Source: Bdellovibrionota bacterium (GTDB lineage Bacteria > Bdellovibrionota_C > UBA2361 > JBGSMV01). Taken from it: DNA of 64,000 nt. This document shows, piece by piece, positions 1 through 9,886 of the stretch. Position 1 is the stretch's first letter. Each line of letters starts with the position of its first letter. The DNA is taken from contig JBGSMV010000080.1 of NCBI GenBank assembly GCA_041739995.1, forward strand, positions 1 through 64,000, written 5' to 3'. The position numbers were made by a program, and so were the translations under genes. The notes beneath the pieces were generated by a model. That model searched no databases, was not told where the DNA came from, and worked only from the letters and a program-made list of their open reading frames with translations.

Positions 1-257
1 CCGTCGTTTCCTAAGCTCGTCGAGCCACTACTGGCTCGGTAGCGAACCTCCACCATCACACCACACTCGATTCCCCGGTCGAGACGCACGGCGTGTGCCT
101 GCGGTTCGGTGCAGCTGCGCTGATGACGCTGCGCCTTGGGATCTTTATGCTCTGAGGGCGTGTGCTTTTGAGCCTCGGTTTGGGTGGGTTCGGAGAGGAC
201 GGGGCGGTAGCCCCGGTACAGCGGAGCCGGAGCGGCGGAGGGCGAGGATTTACAGCT

Positions 258-1337
258 TTACAGCTTTGGAAATCCCTCCTTGGTCACTCGCTTGAGGGCG
301 GCGGGGAGAGAAAACTTATTCTCACCGACGGCTGAATATGAGCCCATTGCTCCCGTGAAGTCGTGGAGTGTACGAAAAAACTCTGATATTTCTGCACTCG
401 AGCGATTCCCACTATCAAGCGCGCTGTTGATGAGCATCACACAATCGTGGCCGTTTGCCGCTGAGACCAGAGAAGCCCCCGGATATCGCCGACTATATTC
501 CTGCAAGAACCACTCAGCGGGATCGTCATACGACGCGTACCAGGTATCAAGTAGCGCTCCGTTAGAGAGCACCACCGCTTGGGGATCTTCGAACATCTCA
601 TATCCAAAGAACGGCTGTTGGAATCCTAGTTCCCTAGCCTGTCTTGCAAAGGCGGCGGCCGGTTCGGGGAAAAGAATTGGCAAGAAAGCGTCAAACTCCT
701 TGCCCTTTAATTTCGCGAGCATCGAGCGAAAATCAAGATTATCCCCAGTAACGTCTTCATCGAAAATAAGATCGAACCGGTTGGCCGAAAGTTGATCAAA
801 CGACTTCTTCACCGCGAGGGTCCCGTCATGAATCGCACTGACCCTTACCAATCGTTTATACCCTCGTCGTTCTGCCTCAGGAAGTAACGCTGCGGTTTCA
901 GCATCCGGGGTCACCCAAAGACTAAACACATGGGATTTTCCGCTCGACACTCCAGGATCAGAGGAAATCGAAAGGAACACTATGCCTTTCGCCTCTGCAA
1001 GCTTCGCGATTGCATTTGAGGTAGCCGAGCCCCATGCGATTACTACGCTTACCTTATCGATAGATACGAGCTTAGTGAATGCGCTTACGGTGTTCTTAGG
1101 AACAAACGCATCATCCTCGTATACCATGTGGATTCGGGCGCGCTGTTCCGGGGGTAGCCGAGATAACGCCATTTCAATTCCATTCTGGGCTGCTACTCCC
1201 ATGGAGCCAATCGGTCCGCTCAAGGGCAAAATTGCGCCAACGGCGATCGAAGCAGGCGCACCGTGTGGCATTGCCCAAACGTTCTGGGGGTAAAAAAAGA
1301 ACGCAAGTACGAGAACCAAAAGTACTCGGGAATTCAT
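258..1337 (-). CDS. ABC transporter substrate-binding protein, LivJ/LivK-like (periplasmic binding protein type 1)
   Basis: Signal peptide, then VGAILPLSG..G, YEDDAF.P and GDNLDFRSML.K motifs typical of Peripla_BP_6; start taken at MNSRV. Confidence 0.85.
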   Translation of the reverse strand: MNSRVLLVLVLAFFFYPQNVWAMPHGAPASIAVGAILPLSGPIGSMGVAAQNGIEMALSRLPPEQRARIHMVYEDDAFVPKNTVSAFTKLVSIDKVSVVIAWGSATSNAIAKLAEAKGIVFLSISSDPGVSSGKSHVFSLWVTPDAETAALLPEAERRGYKRLVRVSAIHDGTLAVKKSFDQLSANRFDLIFDEDVTGDNLDFRSMLAKLKGKEFDAFLPILFPEPAAAFARQARELGFQQPFFGYEMFEDPQAVVLSNGALLDTWYASYDDPAEWFLQEYSRRYPGASLVSAANGHDCVMLINSALDSGNRSSAEISEFFRTLHDFTGAMGSYSAVGENKFSLPAALKRVTKEGFPKL

Positions 1338-1396
1338 AACAAGCCTACCGTCACACATTTTCCAAAAGCTCCAAAGCCGTACCTCTCATGCCTCTC

Positions 1397-1873
1397 CTAC
1401 ATATCCATATAGGGCATCGGTGCAACTTTATTACAAAGTCGCGCATACACGGTCAGCGCTCCACGATGATGCGCCGTGTGCTCTACAATTGAACCGAATG
1501 CGCAGCACTTTGGCTCACCGCCCATTACCGGCCCGGCAGGAAGAGGTTCTTGCAGAGCGGCGTCAGTGATCTCCTCTAATGTAGCGTAAGCCCGATCATA
1601 CGCCGCGGTTAACAACTGGCGTGCACTCTTGAGAGAAGTCTCTTCCTCGATTGCAGCCTTGTGGAGCTCAAAATCCATACTGAACCCCTTAGGTTCCAGC
1701 GCGCCATCAATTAACCAATGAATCGTATGAGCAACATGAGCTACTTGCTGGCAGACTGACATCGCTTCAGGAGTCGGGCGAAAAGCAGAGTCCTTCTCCT
1801 CTAGAGATCTTGTACTTCTATCGAAAAATTCTTGAGAACTATGAATCTCGCGAATAAGTTCAGCTTTGTTCAT
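1397..1873 (-). CDS. DinB/YfiT-like four-helix metal-binding protein
   Basis: FRPT..AMSV.QQVAHV and EHTAHHRGAL.VY.R motifs. Confidence 0.85.
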   Translation of the reverse strand: MNKAELIREIHSSQEFFDRSTRSLEEKDSAFRPTPEAMSVCQQVAHVAHTIHWLIDGALEPKGFSMDFELHKAAIEEETSLKSARQLLTAAYDRAYATLEEITDAALQEPLPAGPVMGGEPKCCAFGSIVEHTAHHRGALTVYARLCNKVAPMPYMDM

Positions 1874-2081
1874 ATATATTACCTCTAGATAATCGGTGCC
1901 GCATGCCTGGCCTCAGAGGGTAACATATCCGGACTATTCCCCCAAAAGCTGAAGATGCCCCAAGAAGCCTCGCCCCCGAGCCCTTCGGTGTCGAAATAGG
2001 CATCTACCTTTGGGTTTCTAATTAGCAGCAGTGCTATCTCTGTTAGAGCTTGTAGTCAGTCGGTGAACCGCGTTCGAGCGA

Positions 2082-2882
2082 TCAGCGCACCATCTTTACA
2101 TCTTGAAGAATAGTGAGAACCACTCCTTCGATTGTGCGAACGTGCTGGTCGATCAAGGTCATGAGCTCAGGCATCATGAGCACCGAAAGAGCGAGTCCAA
2201 TTCCAATCAAGAGCGGAAAGCTAACAATAAATATGTTCACGGTTGGCACCGCTTTCGAAATGAGCCCCATTACGAAATTCGTAAATAGCAATGCGACGAT
2301 TACAGGCGCCGCAACGGTCGCTCCAAGTTTCCACATGAGAGTCGTTTGAGCCGCAAGCGCCGCCCAAGCATTCTCTCCTACAATGAAAGTTCCCGGAACA
2401 ATCGCACCCCCAAGCCCTGCCGCAGCATACACAATCACATGATGTCCATTTATCATGAGAAACAGGATCGTGGCCAAATCCGACCATATACGCGACACAT
2501 CGGGTAACGGGACTTGAGAGGTTGGGTCAATCAGCTGAGAAGGTTGCAACCCCATGCTTGTACTTGCCAAGTTACCGGCAAGCTGGACACCCGCCACGAT
2601 CAATAGGGGAACAAATGCGAGACAAAGTCCAAGGGTAAGCTCACTCACCACCTGGGCCATGCAGAGCACCAGGTCCTTCGGCAGCTCAGCCCACTGTCCT
2701 CCTACACAAGAAACTGACGCCAAGACGATAATGCCTGGCATGCGCACCGGTAGACCTCTGGCACCTCCGCCAAGTCCAGGAAGGCTCATCAGCACTGCAG
2801 TAAAGCGCACGACGAGAAGAAAAAACGTCCACAGTACCTCTAGGTTACCGAGAGCGTAGCTTGGTATTTGGAGCAGCTCCAT
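2082..2882 (-). CDS. fliR: flagellar biosynthesis protein FliR
   Basis: Hydrophobic 266 aa; MGL...IDP, INGHH and KAVPTVNIFIVSFP motifs; follows fliQ. Confidence 0.93.
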   Translation of the reverse strand: MELLQIPSYALGNLEVLWTFFLLVVRFTAVLMSLPGLGGGARGLPVRMPGIIVLASVSCVGGQWAELPKDLVLCMAQVVSELTLGLCLAFVPLLIVAGVQLAGNLASTSMGLQPSQLIDPTSQVPLPDVSRIWSDLATILFLMINGHHVIVYAAAGLGGAIVPGTFIVGENAWAALAAQTTLMWKLGATVAAPVIVALLFTNFVMGLISKAVPTVNIFIVSFPLLIGIGLALSVLMMPELMTLIDQHVRTIEGVVLTILQDVKMVR

Positions 2883-2941
2883 TACCGTAACCTCGACTGA
2901 CCGAGCTGCCTGCGATCTTCATCACAATCAGCGCTCATTTA

Positions 2942-3211
2942 CTAAGGAGTAACATTAGGAATCTGCCCGTAGATCCATTCAGTGAATCCAGCGATGCGAT
3001 TAACCATAAAGTGACCAAAGATCATCAAGCCAGCAACCGCCGCACCAATCTTTGGAATGAATGCCAGCGCCGCATCGTTAATTTGCGTCGCTGCTTGGAA
3101 AATACTGACCGTCAATCCGGCGAGTAGTCCCAGCACCAATATCGGAGCTGCGACTAACATCGCTGTTTCAATTCCGACCTGTCCAAAACGCAAAAACTCG
3201 TCAATTACCAT
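2942..3211 (-). CDS. fliQ: flagellar biosynthesis protein FliQ
   Basis: 89 aa; VSIFQAATQIND..L.FIPK signature. Confidence 0.96.
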   Translation of the reverse strand: MVIDEFLRFGQVGIETAMLVAAPILVLGLLAGLTVSIFQAATQINDAALAFIPKIGAAVAGLMIFGHFMVNRIAGFTEWIYGQIPNVTP

Positions 3212-3259
3212 AAGTCCCTCACTGCTTTACTTGCGTGCGCGTCAACTTTGTTCCGCTCC

Positions 3260-4027
3260 TCAGCCGGTATTATAAGTCTGTACCAGCGAAGCCACGATCA
3301 AATGCCAACCATCAACCACCACAAACAACATGAGCTTCAGCGGCATTGAAATAACCACCGGCGGCAATGTGATCATACTCATTGAGGTGAGCACTGATGA
3401 CACCACCATATCGAGCACGAGAAATGGGAGCATGATAAGAAAGCCTATTTGGAAAGCCACTTTCAGCTCACTCATCACAAAGGCAGGCACGGCAACATGG
3501 AATGGCACATCCATCTCATCTTCAGGCACCGGGGATTTTGTAATTTCAAGGAATAACGCGAGATCTTTGTCCCTCGAATGCCGTATGAGAAATAGTTTCA
3601 ATGGGGCAATCGTTTTCTCAAGCGCTTCATCCTCCCCCATTTGGCCCTCCATGTAAGGCTGAATGCCTTCATTATACATCTGCGTATACACAGGCTGCAT
3701 AATCGATATGGTAAGAAACAGCGCGAGGCCGGTGATGACGGTGTTAGGAGGTAGAGTGGATGTTCCTAGAGCTGTACGTACCATTCCAAGGACTACCGCC
3801 ATTCTAGTGAAACAAGTCATGGTGAGCATTGCTGCGGGAGCAAACGAAATCGCGGTTAACAGCAGCGTTATTTTAAGAGCCGCCGTCAGCGTTCCATCTG
3901 AACGCATCTCATCACCACCAATATTTATTGAGATGTCCGGTAACACCGGCGTATCGGCGGCAAAGGCAATGCCTGGCACAATCACCGCAGCCAATGCGAG
4001 AAGTGACGAAAGCTTAAGCGCCTTCAT
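3260..4027 (-). CDS. fliP: flagellar export apparatus protein FliP
   Basis: MTCFTR, PPN, PAFVMSELKVAFQIGF, PLKLMLFVVVDGW. Confidence 0.97.
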   Translation of the reverse strand: MKALKLSSLLALAAVIVPGIAFAADTPVLPDISINIGGDEMRSDGTLTAALKITLLLTAISFAPAAMLTMTCFTRMAVVLGMVRTALGTSTLPPNTVITGLALFLTISIMQPVYTQMYNEGIQPYMEGQMGEDEALEKTIAPLKLFLIRHSRDKDLALFLEITKSPVPEDEMDVPFHVAVPAFVMSELKVAFQIGFLIMLPFLVLDMVVSSVLTSMSMITLPPVVISMPLKLMLFVVVDGWHLIVASLVQTYNTG

Positions 4028-4662
4028 TTAGCTCCCCCCTCTGCTTGTGTGCTCAGACTAAGAATCTCTTCAAACCGCGTGGGAACTTGCTGTTCTTGGT
4101 TGTTCGAATTTGGCGTAATCCTCGCAGGACGCATGGTCGAGCGGGTACCTAGATCGGTGATAGTCTCTGCTCCTACACCTACCAGCCTAGTTATTCCATC
4201 AACCTCGACCAGCAGCAGAGCGCTCTTAGGACTCACCGCAAGCTTTTCGAGAACGCGCAAGCGACGCCCGCCGCTCGGCTGAATCCCTCGATTGAGCTTT
4301 TTAAGTAAGAATACCACTACACAAAAGGCTGCAAGACAAAGCGCCAGGCCCCGCACCATTGGCCAGGCATCAAAATCCGGTTGCGGAGCTGGGGTAAGTC
4401 TCAGTGCCGCTACGGCTGCATGAAGATCTCGCTTTACCGCACCCTCCGTTTCGGAGTCGCTACTGGATTGCACGACCTCACTCGCTGAAGATGTTATCGA
4501 GGATTCTGCCGGGGCATCAGCTTCGCTCTGCTGACTGCTGTTCGCTTCTTCGACGAGCCCTTCCTCCACGCGTGCTTGATCGGCACCTTCAATGGCATAC
4601 GATGCACCCACCCATTGAGTAGCAACGACCACTAAGGCCAATGCAATTGTTCTCTTCAGCAT
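4024..4662 (-). CDS. fliO: flagellar biosynthesis protein FliO with N-terminal periplasmic extension
   Basis: Lies between fliN and fliP; TM helix followed by LRVLEK..VSPKS.LLLVEV.G...LVGV. Confidence 0.85.
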   Translation of the reverse strand: MLKRTIALALVVVATQWVGASYAIEGADQARVEEGLVEEANSSQQSEADAPAESSITSSASEVVQSSSDSETEGAVKRDLHAAVAALRLTPAPQPDFDAWPMVRGLALCLAAFCVVVFLLKKLNRGIQPSGGRRLRVLEKLAVSPKSALLLVEVDGITRLVGVGAETITDLGTRSTMRPARITPNSNNQEQQVPTRFEEILSLSTQAEGGAK

Positions 4663-4690
4663 ATAGGTCCCGTCCTTGGGAGCTCTCAAT

Positions 4691-5047
4691 TTAGACGAGC
4701 GAATCTACTCGATCATCAGGAGAGACAATGTCAGTCAGTCGAACACCAAACTTTTCATTCACGATAACGGCTTCACCACGAGCAACCTGCTTTCCATTCA
4801 CGTAGATGTCGAGCGGCTCTCCAGCCAACTTCTCGAGCTCCACTACAGATCCTTGGCCAAGTTGCAAAAGATCTTGAATGGTCATGCGTGCTCGACCAAC
4901 TTCGACGGTAACTTGCAAAGTCACGTCGAGAATGAAATCAAGCGTTCGTGGCTGTTTTGGAGCAGCCGAACCCGCCGCAGCCTTAGCGACTTTGTCAGCC
5001 GCTTGAGCTACGCCCTCTAATCCCTCGGAGACATCATTATCCGCCAT
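4691..5047 (-). CDS. fliN: flagellar motor switch protein FliN
   Basis: LDFILDV...VEVGR..GSVVELEKLAGEP..RGEAVIVNEKFGVR. Confidence 0.97.
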   Translation of the reverse strand: MADNDVSEGLEGVAQAADKVAKAAAGSAAPKQPRTLDFILDVTLQVTVEVGRARMTIQDLLQLGQGSVVELEKLAGEPLDIYVNGKQVARGEAVIVNEKFGVRLTDIVSPDDRVDSLV

Positions 5048-6065
5048 GTTTCAGAAGCTCCTGCTTGTTCTTCCAATTAATTAAATCTCGCTGCGGGATA
5101 GGCCGCGTAATTCGCGCCGCCCGATTTCCGCGAAAGGATCCACAGTATGAGTAGAACTTAGGACTACCCTCAATCATCACCAGCGCTTCGTCCGATGGAT
5201 TGGTATCAAGGGTAATCACGTCTCCCGCTTTGAGCGCGAGAAGCTCCTTGGCCTGAATCGATCCCTCAGCGAGCTGCACACTCATGCCTGCCGTGGTTTG
5301 GCGCAGGGTATTTTCCATACGCTTGGACAATGAAGAGTCGACCTCAAGACGTGTGCTTTGAAAGCCAGTAACAAGCTTTCCGCGTAGCGGCTCAATAGTG
5401 GAATACGGAGTACAAAGCGTCAGGAGTGTGCTCTCCTGCTCTAGCTCAACTTCAATGTTAACCGTAATAACCACATCAGTTGGTGGCACGATTGCAATGG
5501 CGAGCGGATTGAATTCTGATCGTACGTACACGAAGTCGACTGGGTGAATTGGAGCCCAGGCATCTTTGAGGATGTCGAGCGCCATCATGACCACTTTACC
5601 GACAAGTCGATTCTCTATCGGAGTGTACTCACGTCCTTCTATCTTGACGCGTCCTTGTCCACTTCCACCGAAAACTGCGTCGATGATTCCGAAGACCAAT
5701 GGGGATGAACACACCATAAGGGCGTATCCAGGTAAGGGCGGCATACGGAAGATATGAAGAGACGAGGGAAGCGGGAGCTTCTTCATGAAGAGCCCAAACT
5801 TGATCATCTCGATTCCGCCTACGTTGGCGAAACAGGTTCGGCCTAGAAACTTTGCCAATACGGTACGAAAGCTTCTCGCAAACCGATCATGGATAAGCTC
5901 CATGGTCGGCATACGACCACGAATAATGCGTTCTTGGTTCGCAAGGTCGAACTTCTTCGCATTGACCGTGGTATCAGCTGCTTCAACACTGTCCTGCTCA
6001 ATGTCTGAGTCGGATAGCCCGCGGAGCAGGGAGTTGATTTCGTCTTGTGTGAGAACTTGATTCAT
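5037..6065 (-). CDS. fliM: flagellar motor switch protein FliM
   Basis: N-terminal CheY-binding VLTQDEINSLL; RGRMPT; EGREYT.IE; C-terminal SpoA domain. Confidence 0.97.
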   Translation of the reverse strand: MNQVLTQDEINSLLRGLSDSDIEQDSVEAADTTVNAKKFDLANQERIIRGRMPTMELIHDRFARSFRTVLAKFLGRTCFANVGGIEMIKFGLFMKKLPLPSSLHIFRMPPLPGYALMVCSSPLVFGIIDAVFGGSGQGRVKIEGREYTPIENRLVGKVVMMALDILKDAWAPIHPVDFVYVRSEFNPLAIAIVPPTDVVITVNIEVELEQESTLLTLCTPYSTIEPLRGKLVTGFQSTRLEVDSSLSKRMENTLRQTTAGMSVQLAEGSIQAKELLALKAGDVITLDTNPSDEALVMIEGSPKFYSYCGSFRGNRAARITRPIPQRDLINWKNKQELLKHGG

Positions 6066-6136
6066 ACTGCAAGCCGTCTCTCAAAAACTTTCTTAAAACT
6101 TCTACGAACTAAAATCTTTTTTACTAATTCGCTACG

Positions 6137-6694
6137 CTACTGAACTACGAACTGCGAAAAATACACGTTCTTAATGTCTTCCCGGCGTAGCAGCTCATTC
6201 ACCTTGTCCTTAATCTCGCCCTTCAATCCTTCCTTACCTTGAGATGTAAGAAGGTCCTCTGCTCGTTTCACCGAGAGCAGCTGAATAATGAGATCTCTTA
6301 CGGGAACAATTCTTGGAAAAAATCGCTTTGGAACCTCTCTTCCCTCGAACTCAAGTCGTAGCTGCGCCCGTAAGTACCTTCCACCACTGAGGTTTAGAAC
6401 AAAGCTCTCAAGCGGGTAGATAGCTCCGAGTGCCTCTTCGCCCTCATCTAGCTCATCCTCCTCAGTCACCGCGTACAGCTCGTCCTCCTCAGCGTGTGCA
6501 GCATCAGAGGCAACCCCACTTACAGTGATGGGCTCCTCAACTGGCTTTTGGTTCATAAACATAAAACCAGCGGCACCAAAACCTGCGAGCCCGAATAGAA
6601 TCGAAACAGCCAAGCCGATAACCAAGAGCATATTCCCCGAACTCGCGGGCTCAGCCTCTACGGGTTGCTCTGCATTTTCCTTTTCATCTGCCAT
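6137..6694 (-). CDS. fliL: flagellar basal body-associated protein FliL
   Basis: Single TM; F.LNL..GRYL, RD.II.LL, VYFSQFVVQ C-terminus; upstream of fliM. Confidence 0.93.
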   Translation of the reverse strand: MADEKENAEQPVEAEPASSGNMLLVIGLAVSILFGLAGFGAAGFMFMNQKPVEEPITVSGVASDAAHAEEDELYAVTEEDELDEGEEALGAIYPLESFVLNLSGGRYLRAQLRLEFEGREVPKRFFPRIVPVRDLIIQLLSVKRAEDLLTSQGKEGLKGEIKDKVNELLRREDIKNVYFSQFVVQ

Positions 6695-7292
6695 ATTCGC
6701 TACTTCGTACTCGAATAGCCGCTACCACTTCTTCACTCGCCTCAAAGCCAAATCGCTTTTGAAGCTCTTCACACGAAATTCCAAGCTCTGTGAAGCGAAC
6801 GTGCTGTGCCACTCCAAAAGCCAACTCAATTCCGGCCTGAAGCTGCATCAGCGAAGCAGCACTTGCAGCCTTGCCGCAGCCAACCACATCAACCACTGAG
6901 TTCGCCGATGTTTCGTATCCCGCAAACCATTTGATCAGACCCCCGAAGGACTCCTGCTCAAACGTGTCGCGACTCAGAAGAAAGAAGTCCCCCTTCTGCA
7001 ACCCTGGCCCTTCGCCACTAAAAGCAATCGCGGTGCCAGGTGGAGTCGAAGGTGTCTGAAACGCAGTTTGGCGTCGCAACTCTCCGTTTTGATTGATTTT
7101 ACCCTCGCGAGTAAGTGAGAGTACGGCAATAAAGAAGCACAAGAGGAGTGTCAAAAGATCGCCAAAGCTAGTCAGCCAGCGCGCATTGATTTGACGCCTG
7201 GGCTCCCCTCTCTTACCCATGTCAAAAGTACCACAGCCCCCCACGGCACCTGGTGGAGTCAAAGAGGGATATGGCTGCTGAGAAGTTTCCAT
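6684..7292 (-). CDS. motB: MotB-like stator subunit; intact TM with catalytic Asp, degenerate periplasmic domain
   Basis: WLTSFGDLLTLLLCFF matches the MotB WxxT(F/Y)xD TM motif; no GHTD or N..LS..RA OmpA-like motif; only 202 aa. Confidence 0.75.
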   Translation of the reverse strand: METSQQPYPSLTPPGAVGGCGTFDMGKRGEPRRQINARWLTSFGDLLTLLLCFFIAVLSLTREGKINQNGELRRQTAFQTPSTPPGTAIAFSGEGPGLQKGDFFLLSRDTFEQESFGGLIKWFAGYETSANSVVDVVGCGKAASAASLMQLQAGIELAFGVAQHVRFTELGISCEELQKRFGFEASEEVVAAIRVRSSEYGR

Positions 7293-7331
7293 GATGAATA
7301 TAGCGCGCCTCGTAGGTCTGGGCGTTGCCGC

Positions 7332-7793
7332 CTACGCCAATCTCCCCTTTTCAAGCATGTACCACCGTTCTCTCAGCTCCCTGCCGACATCCTCATCATC
7401 AACCACGATAGACACTCGCAAGAATTCAGTGCGTTCTGATTCAGGATCCAACAGCAGTCTAATCTCTCGTTCCTGCATTAATCCTTCAGACAAAGAAGGC
7501 GAGGTAATCTCAATTTCTAGGACGACATCATGCGCTCGCAGCACCTCTTGGCGCGCCTGAACAACTTCAGGGGTAAAATCCAACATTCCCCCTGGAAGCA
7601 CGTTCCACTTGGATGCGCGGTCAAGTACTTCAAATTTCTTACCGCTCTCCGCATCAGCTTGGTTAGTCGGCACTCGCGGCCGAGTGAGAGTTCCAGAAAT
7701 AATGGTGAGAATTATCAGCATCAAGCTAACGAATTGGAGAAAGAAGCCTTTCGTTGCAGGGTTCGCGCATGCGGTGGTCAGCTGCGGGGCCAT
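7332..7793 (-). CDS. single-TM protein, probable degenerate MotB paralog
   Basis: Between motA and motB; TM FFLQFVSLMLIILTII aligns to the MotB TM with Ser in place of Asp. Confidence 0.55.
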   Translation of the reverse strand: MAPQLTTACANPATKGFFLQFVSLMLIILTIISGTLTRPRVPTNQADAESGKKFEVLDRASKWNVLPGGMLDFTPEVVQARQEVLRAHDVVLEIEITSPSLSEGLMQEREIRLLLDPESERTEFLRVSIVVDDEDVGRELRERWYMLEKGRLA

Positions 7794-7813
7794 TGCTTGG
7801 TTGTCCTCAAAAT

Positions 7814-8605
7814 CTAGTGTTTTCCGGGGAGAAAACTGTGAAGTCGCTGTTCCATCACGATGGTATTTTCCTGTCGGGCCATGCTGATAGCGCCTTCAAG
7901 CGCGATGCACTTCAATGTCCACTCTTCCTCGCTACGATTACGAAGCTTTCCCGAAACCGGCAGAAAAAATAGATTTGCGAGCAAGGCGCCGTAGAGCGTG
8001 GTGAGGAGTGCCAGTGCCATTGCTGGACCTACGGTTGACGGGTCACTCAGCGCGCCGAGCATCTGCACAAGCCCAACCAGGGTACCAATCAACCCCAGAG
8101 CGGGGGCGTAGGTACCAAGGGTCTCAAACACCTGTACTGCACGCGAGTATTTATCGTGAGTGGCGCGCATGTCAGTTTCAAGAATGCGACGAATGTCCTC
8201 CACTGGGGTGCCATCTACCACCAACTCGTATGCCTTGCGGAGAAATGGATCCCGCTCTTGAGAGCTGGCGCGCTCTAGTACCAACAGCCCTTCCGCCCGA
8301 ATAGCTTGATTTACGCGTGCAAGCGTACGAATTCTAGCGATTGGCTCTCTTACCGGGTATTGAATCACCCGCAAAAAGGAGGTCCAGGCGAACCCCATCT
8401 CTCTTACGGAGAAATTGGCCAGTGTCGCTCCGAGGGTCCCCCCAACGACCAGCAGGAAGCCTGGAACGTCGATATAGTTGCCCACGTGCCCGCTTAGGAT
8501 CACTGCGAGCCCCACAATCAGGACCGATATCCCCACACCCCAAAGAATACTGCGGTCGCCTTCGGCGTGCAGAAGGAAGTTAAGTTGTCCAACTCTCGTA
8601 TTCAT
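7814..8605 (-). CDS. motA: flagellar stator MotA/PomA
   Basis: VGGT.GA, R.EGLL.LE, APALGLIGTLVGLVQML, ALLTTLYG; start uncertain. Confidence 0.93.
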   Translation of the reverse strand: MNTRVGQLNFLLHAEGDRSILWGVGISVLIVGLAVILSGHVGNYIDVPGFLLVVGGTLGATLANFSVREMGFAWTSFLRVIQYPVREPIARIRTLARVNQAIRAEGLLVLERASSQERDPFLRKAYELVVDGTPVEDIRRILETDMRATHDKYSRAVQVFETLGTYAPALGLIGTLVGLVQMLGALSDPSTVGPAMALALLTTLYGALLANLFFLPVSGKLRNRSEEEWTLKCIALEGAISMARQENTIVMEQRLHSFLPGKH

Positions 8606-8801
8606 AGCCCGAAGTAACAGCAACCAGCGTGCCGAAGCTAAGTCACTGAATCGCATCACGACTTGGGTTTAGCGATGTCAAGAGATTGGCGCTCTCTAGC
8701 GTTGGTAGAAGACACCATCGGGACTGCTGCTCTCCGTTGTTGCTCTGGGCGTCAGGCGCGCCCTCTTCGGTGGGATTCTTGGGGAAGCGATTTTTGAGGC
8801 T

Positions 8802-9860
8802 TTGCGATCCAAAACTTTCTCTGCTACCTCCCATGTGGTGACACATACATCCATTGGCTGGCTCAACACCCTTAACCCCTTTCTTATTCAGTTCACCGAT
8901 GAGTTCGGAATTCGTTGGTATGGCCTAGCCTATCTCCTTGGGTTCCTTCTCACCTATTTGATTGCACGAGCCGTTGCTCGCAAGCACGCTTGGCCGAACG
9001 GCGCATTGTTGGCAGGAGACTTCGTTTTCGCTGCGGCCTCTGGGACGATAATTGGTGGTCGCCTAGGCTATTGCCTGCTCTACGACCCCTCACTGTTCAT
9101 GCGCTTCACTGGAGAATTCCCTTTTTGGGGTCTCTTCATGATCCACAAAGGGGGAATGGCAAGTCATGGCGGCATGCTCGGTATTTTCGTCGCCTGCCTG
9201 TGGTTCGCCAAGAAGCATGGTCTGAGCCGATGGTCATTGCTCGATATCGTCGGTCTGGCGGGCTGCGTTGGAATTTTTTTTGGAAGAATTGCCAATTTCA
9301 TTAACGGGGAGCTTGTGGGGAGACCTGCACCCGAGGGGCTTCGTTGGGCAGTTCGCTTCCCGCAAGAATTAGCAGCCTTCCCTTCCGCAGGCATCGAAAA
9401 GCTCAAAACCTTAGAGCCGGTTGTGGAGCAACTTGGAGTTTCAGCCTCTCAGTGGGACCACATGATCTATCAACGCGGCATGCCCGGTGTCCTACAGGCT
9501 CTCGACAGGATTAGTGTTCGCTTGCAGGAAGGGGATCCAGTCCTCGCAGAAAAAGTAGCTACCGTTCTCACTGCCCGACACCCTTCCCAACTGTATGAAG
9601 CGCTTCTCGAAGGACTACTTCTCGGACTGTGTTGCCTTGCTACTTGGACACGCTCAACCCGTCCCGGTGCCGTTGCATTAACCTTTCTACTGCTCTATCC
9701 ACTGGCCAGAATTCTTGGTGAACAGTTTCGCATGCCCGATCCACAGATTGGATTTGAATGGTTGGGGTTGACCCGTGGGCAGTGGTTAAGTGCAGTGATG
9801 TTTCTATTGGCGATTTTCTTTTGGAAAGCTCGTAGTCGCTTTCTTTCTCGCAGCCAATAG
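8802..9860 (+). CDS. lgt: prolipoprotein diacylglyceryl transferase
   Basis: IRWYGLAY, GGRLGY, GGMASHGG, GRIANFINGEL.GR, RHPSQLYE; start uncertain. Confidence 0.97.
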   Translation: MRSKTFSATSHVVTHTSIGWLNTLNPFLIQFTDEFGIRWYGLAYLLGFLLTYLIARAVARKHAWPNGALLAGDFVFAAASGTIIGGRLGYCLLYDPSLFMRFTGEFPFWGLFMIHKGGMASHGGMLGIFVACLWFAKKHGLSRWSLLDIVGLAGCVGIFFGRIANFINGELVGRPAPEGLRWAVRFPQELAAFPSAGIEKLKTLEPVVEQLGVSASQWDHMIYQRGMPGVLQALDRISVRLQEGDPVLAEKVATVLTARHPSQLYEALLEGLLLGLCCLATWTRSTRPGAVALTFLLLYPLARILGEQFRMPDPQIGFEWLGLTRGQWLSAVMFLLAIFFWKARSRFLSRSQ

Positions 9861-9886
9861 TCCCCCCCCGTCGTTAGGGCCCGATT

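Noticed and set aside
1..257. GC-rich left edge: possible gene end (frame 1 PSFPKLVEPLLAR*, stop at 40-42), small hairpin and ORF 95-295
   Set aside because: Too little context; no recognisable RNA family or protein motif
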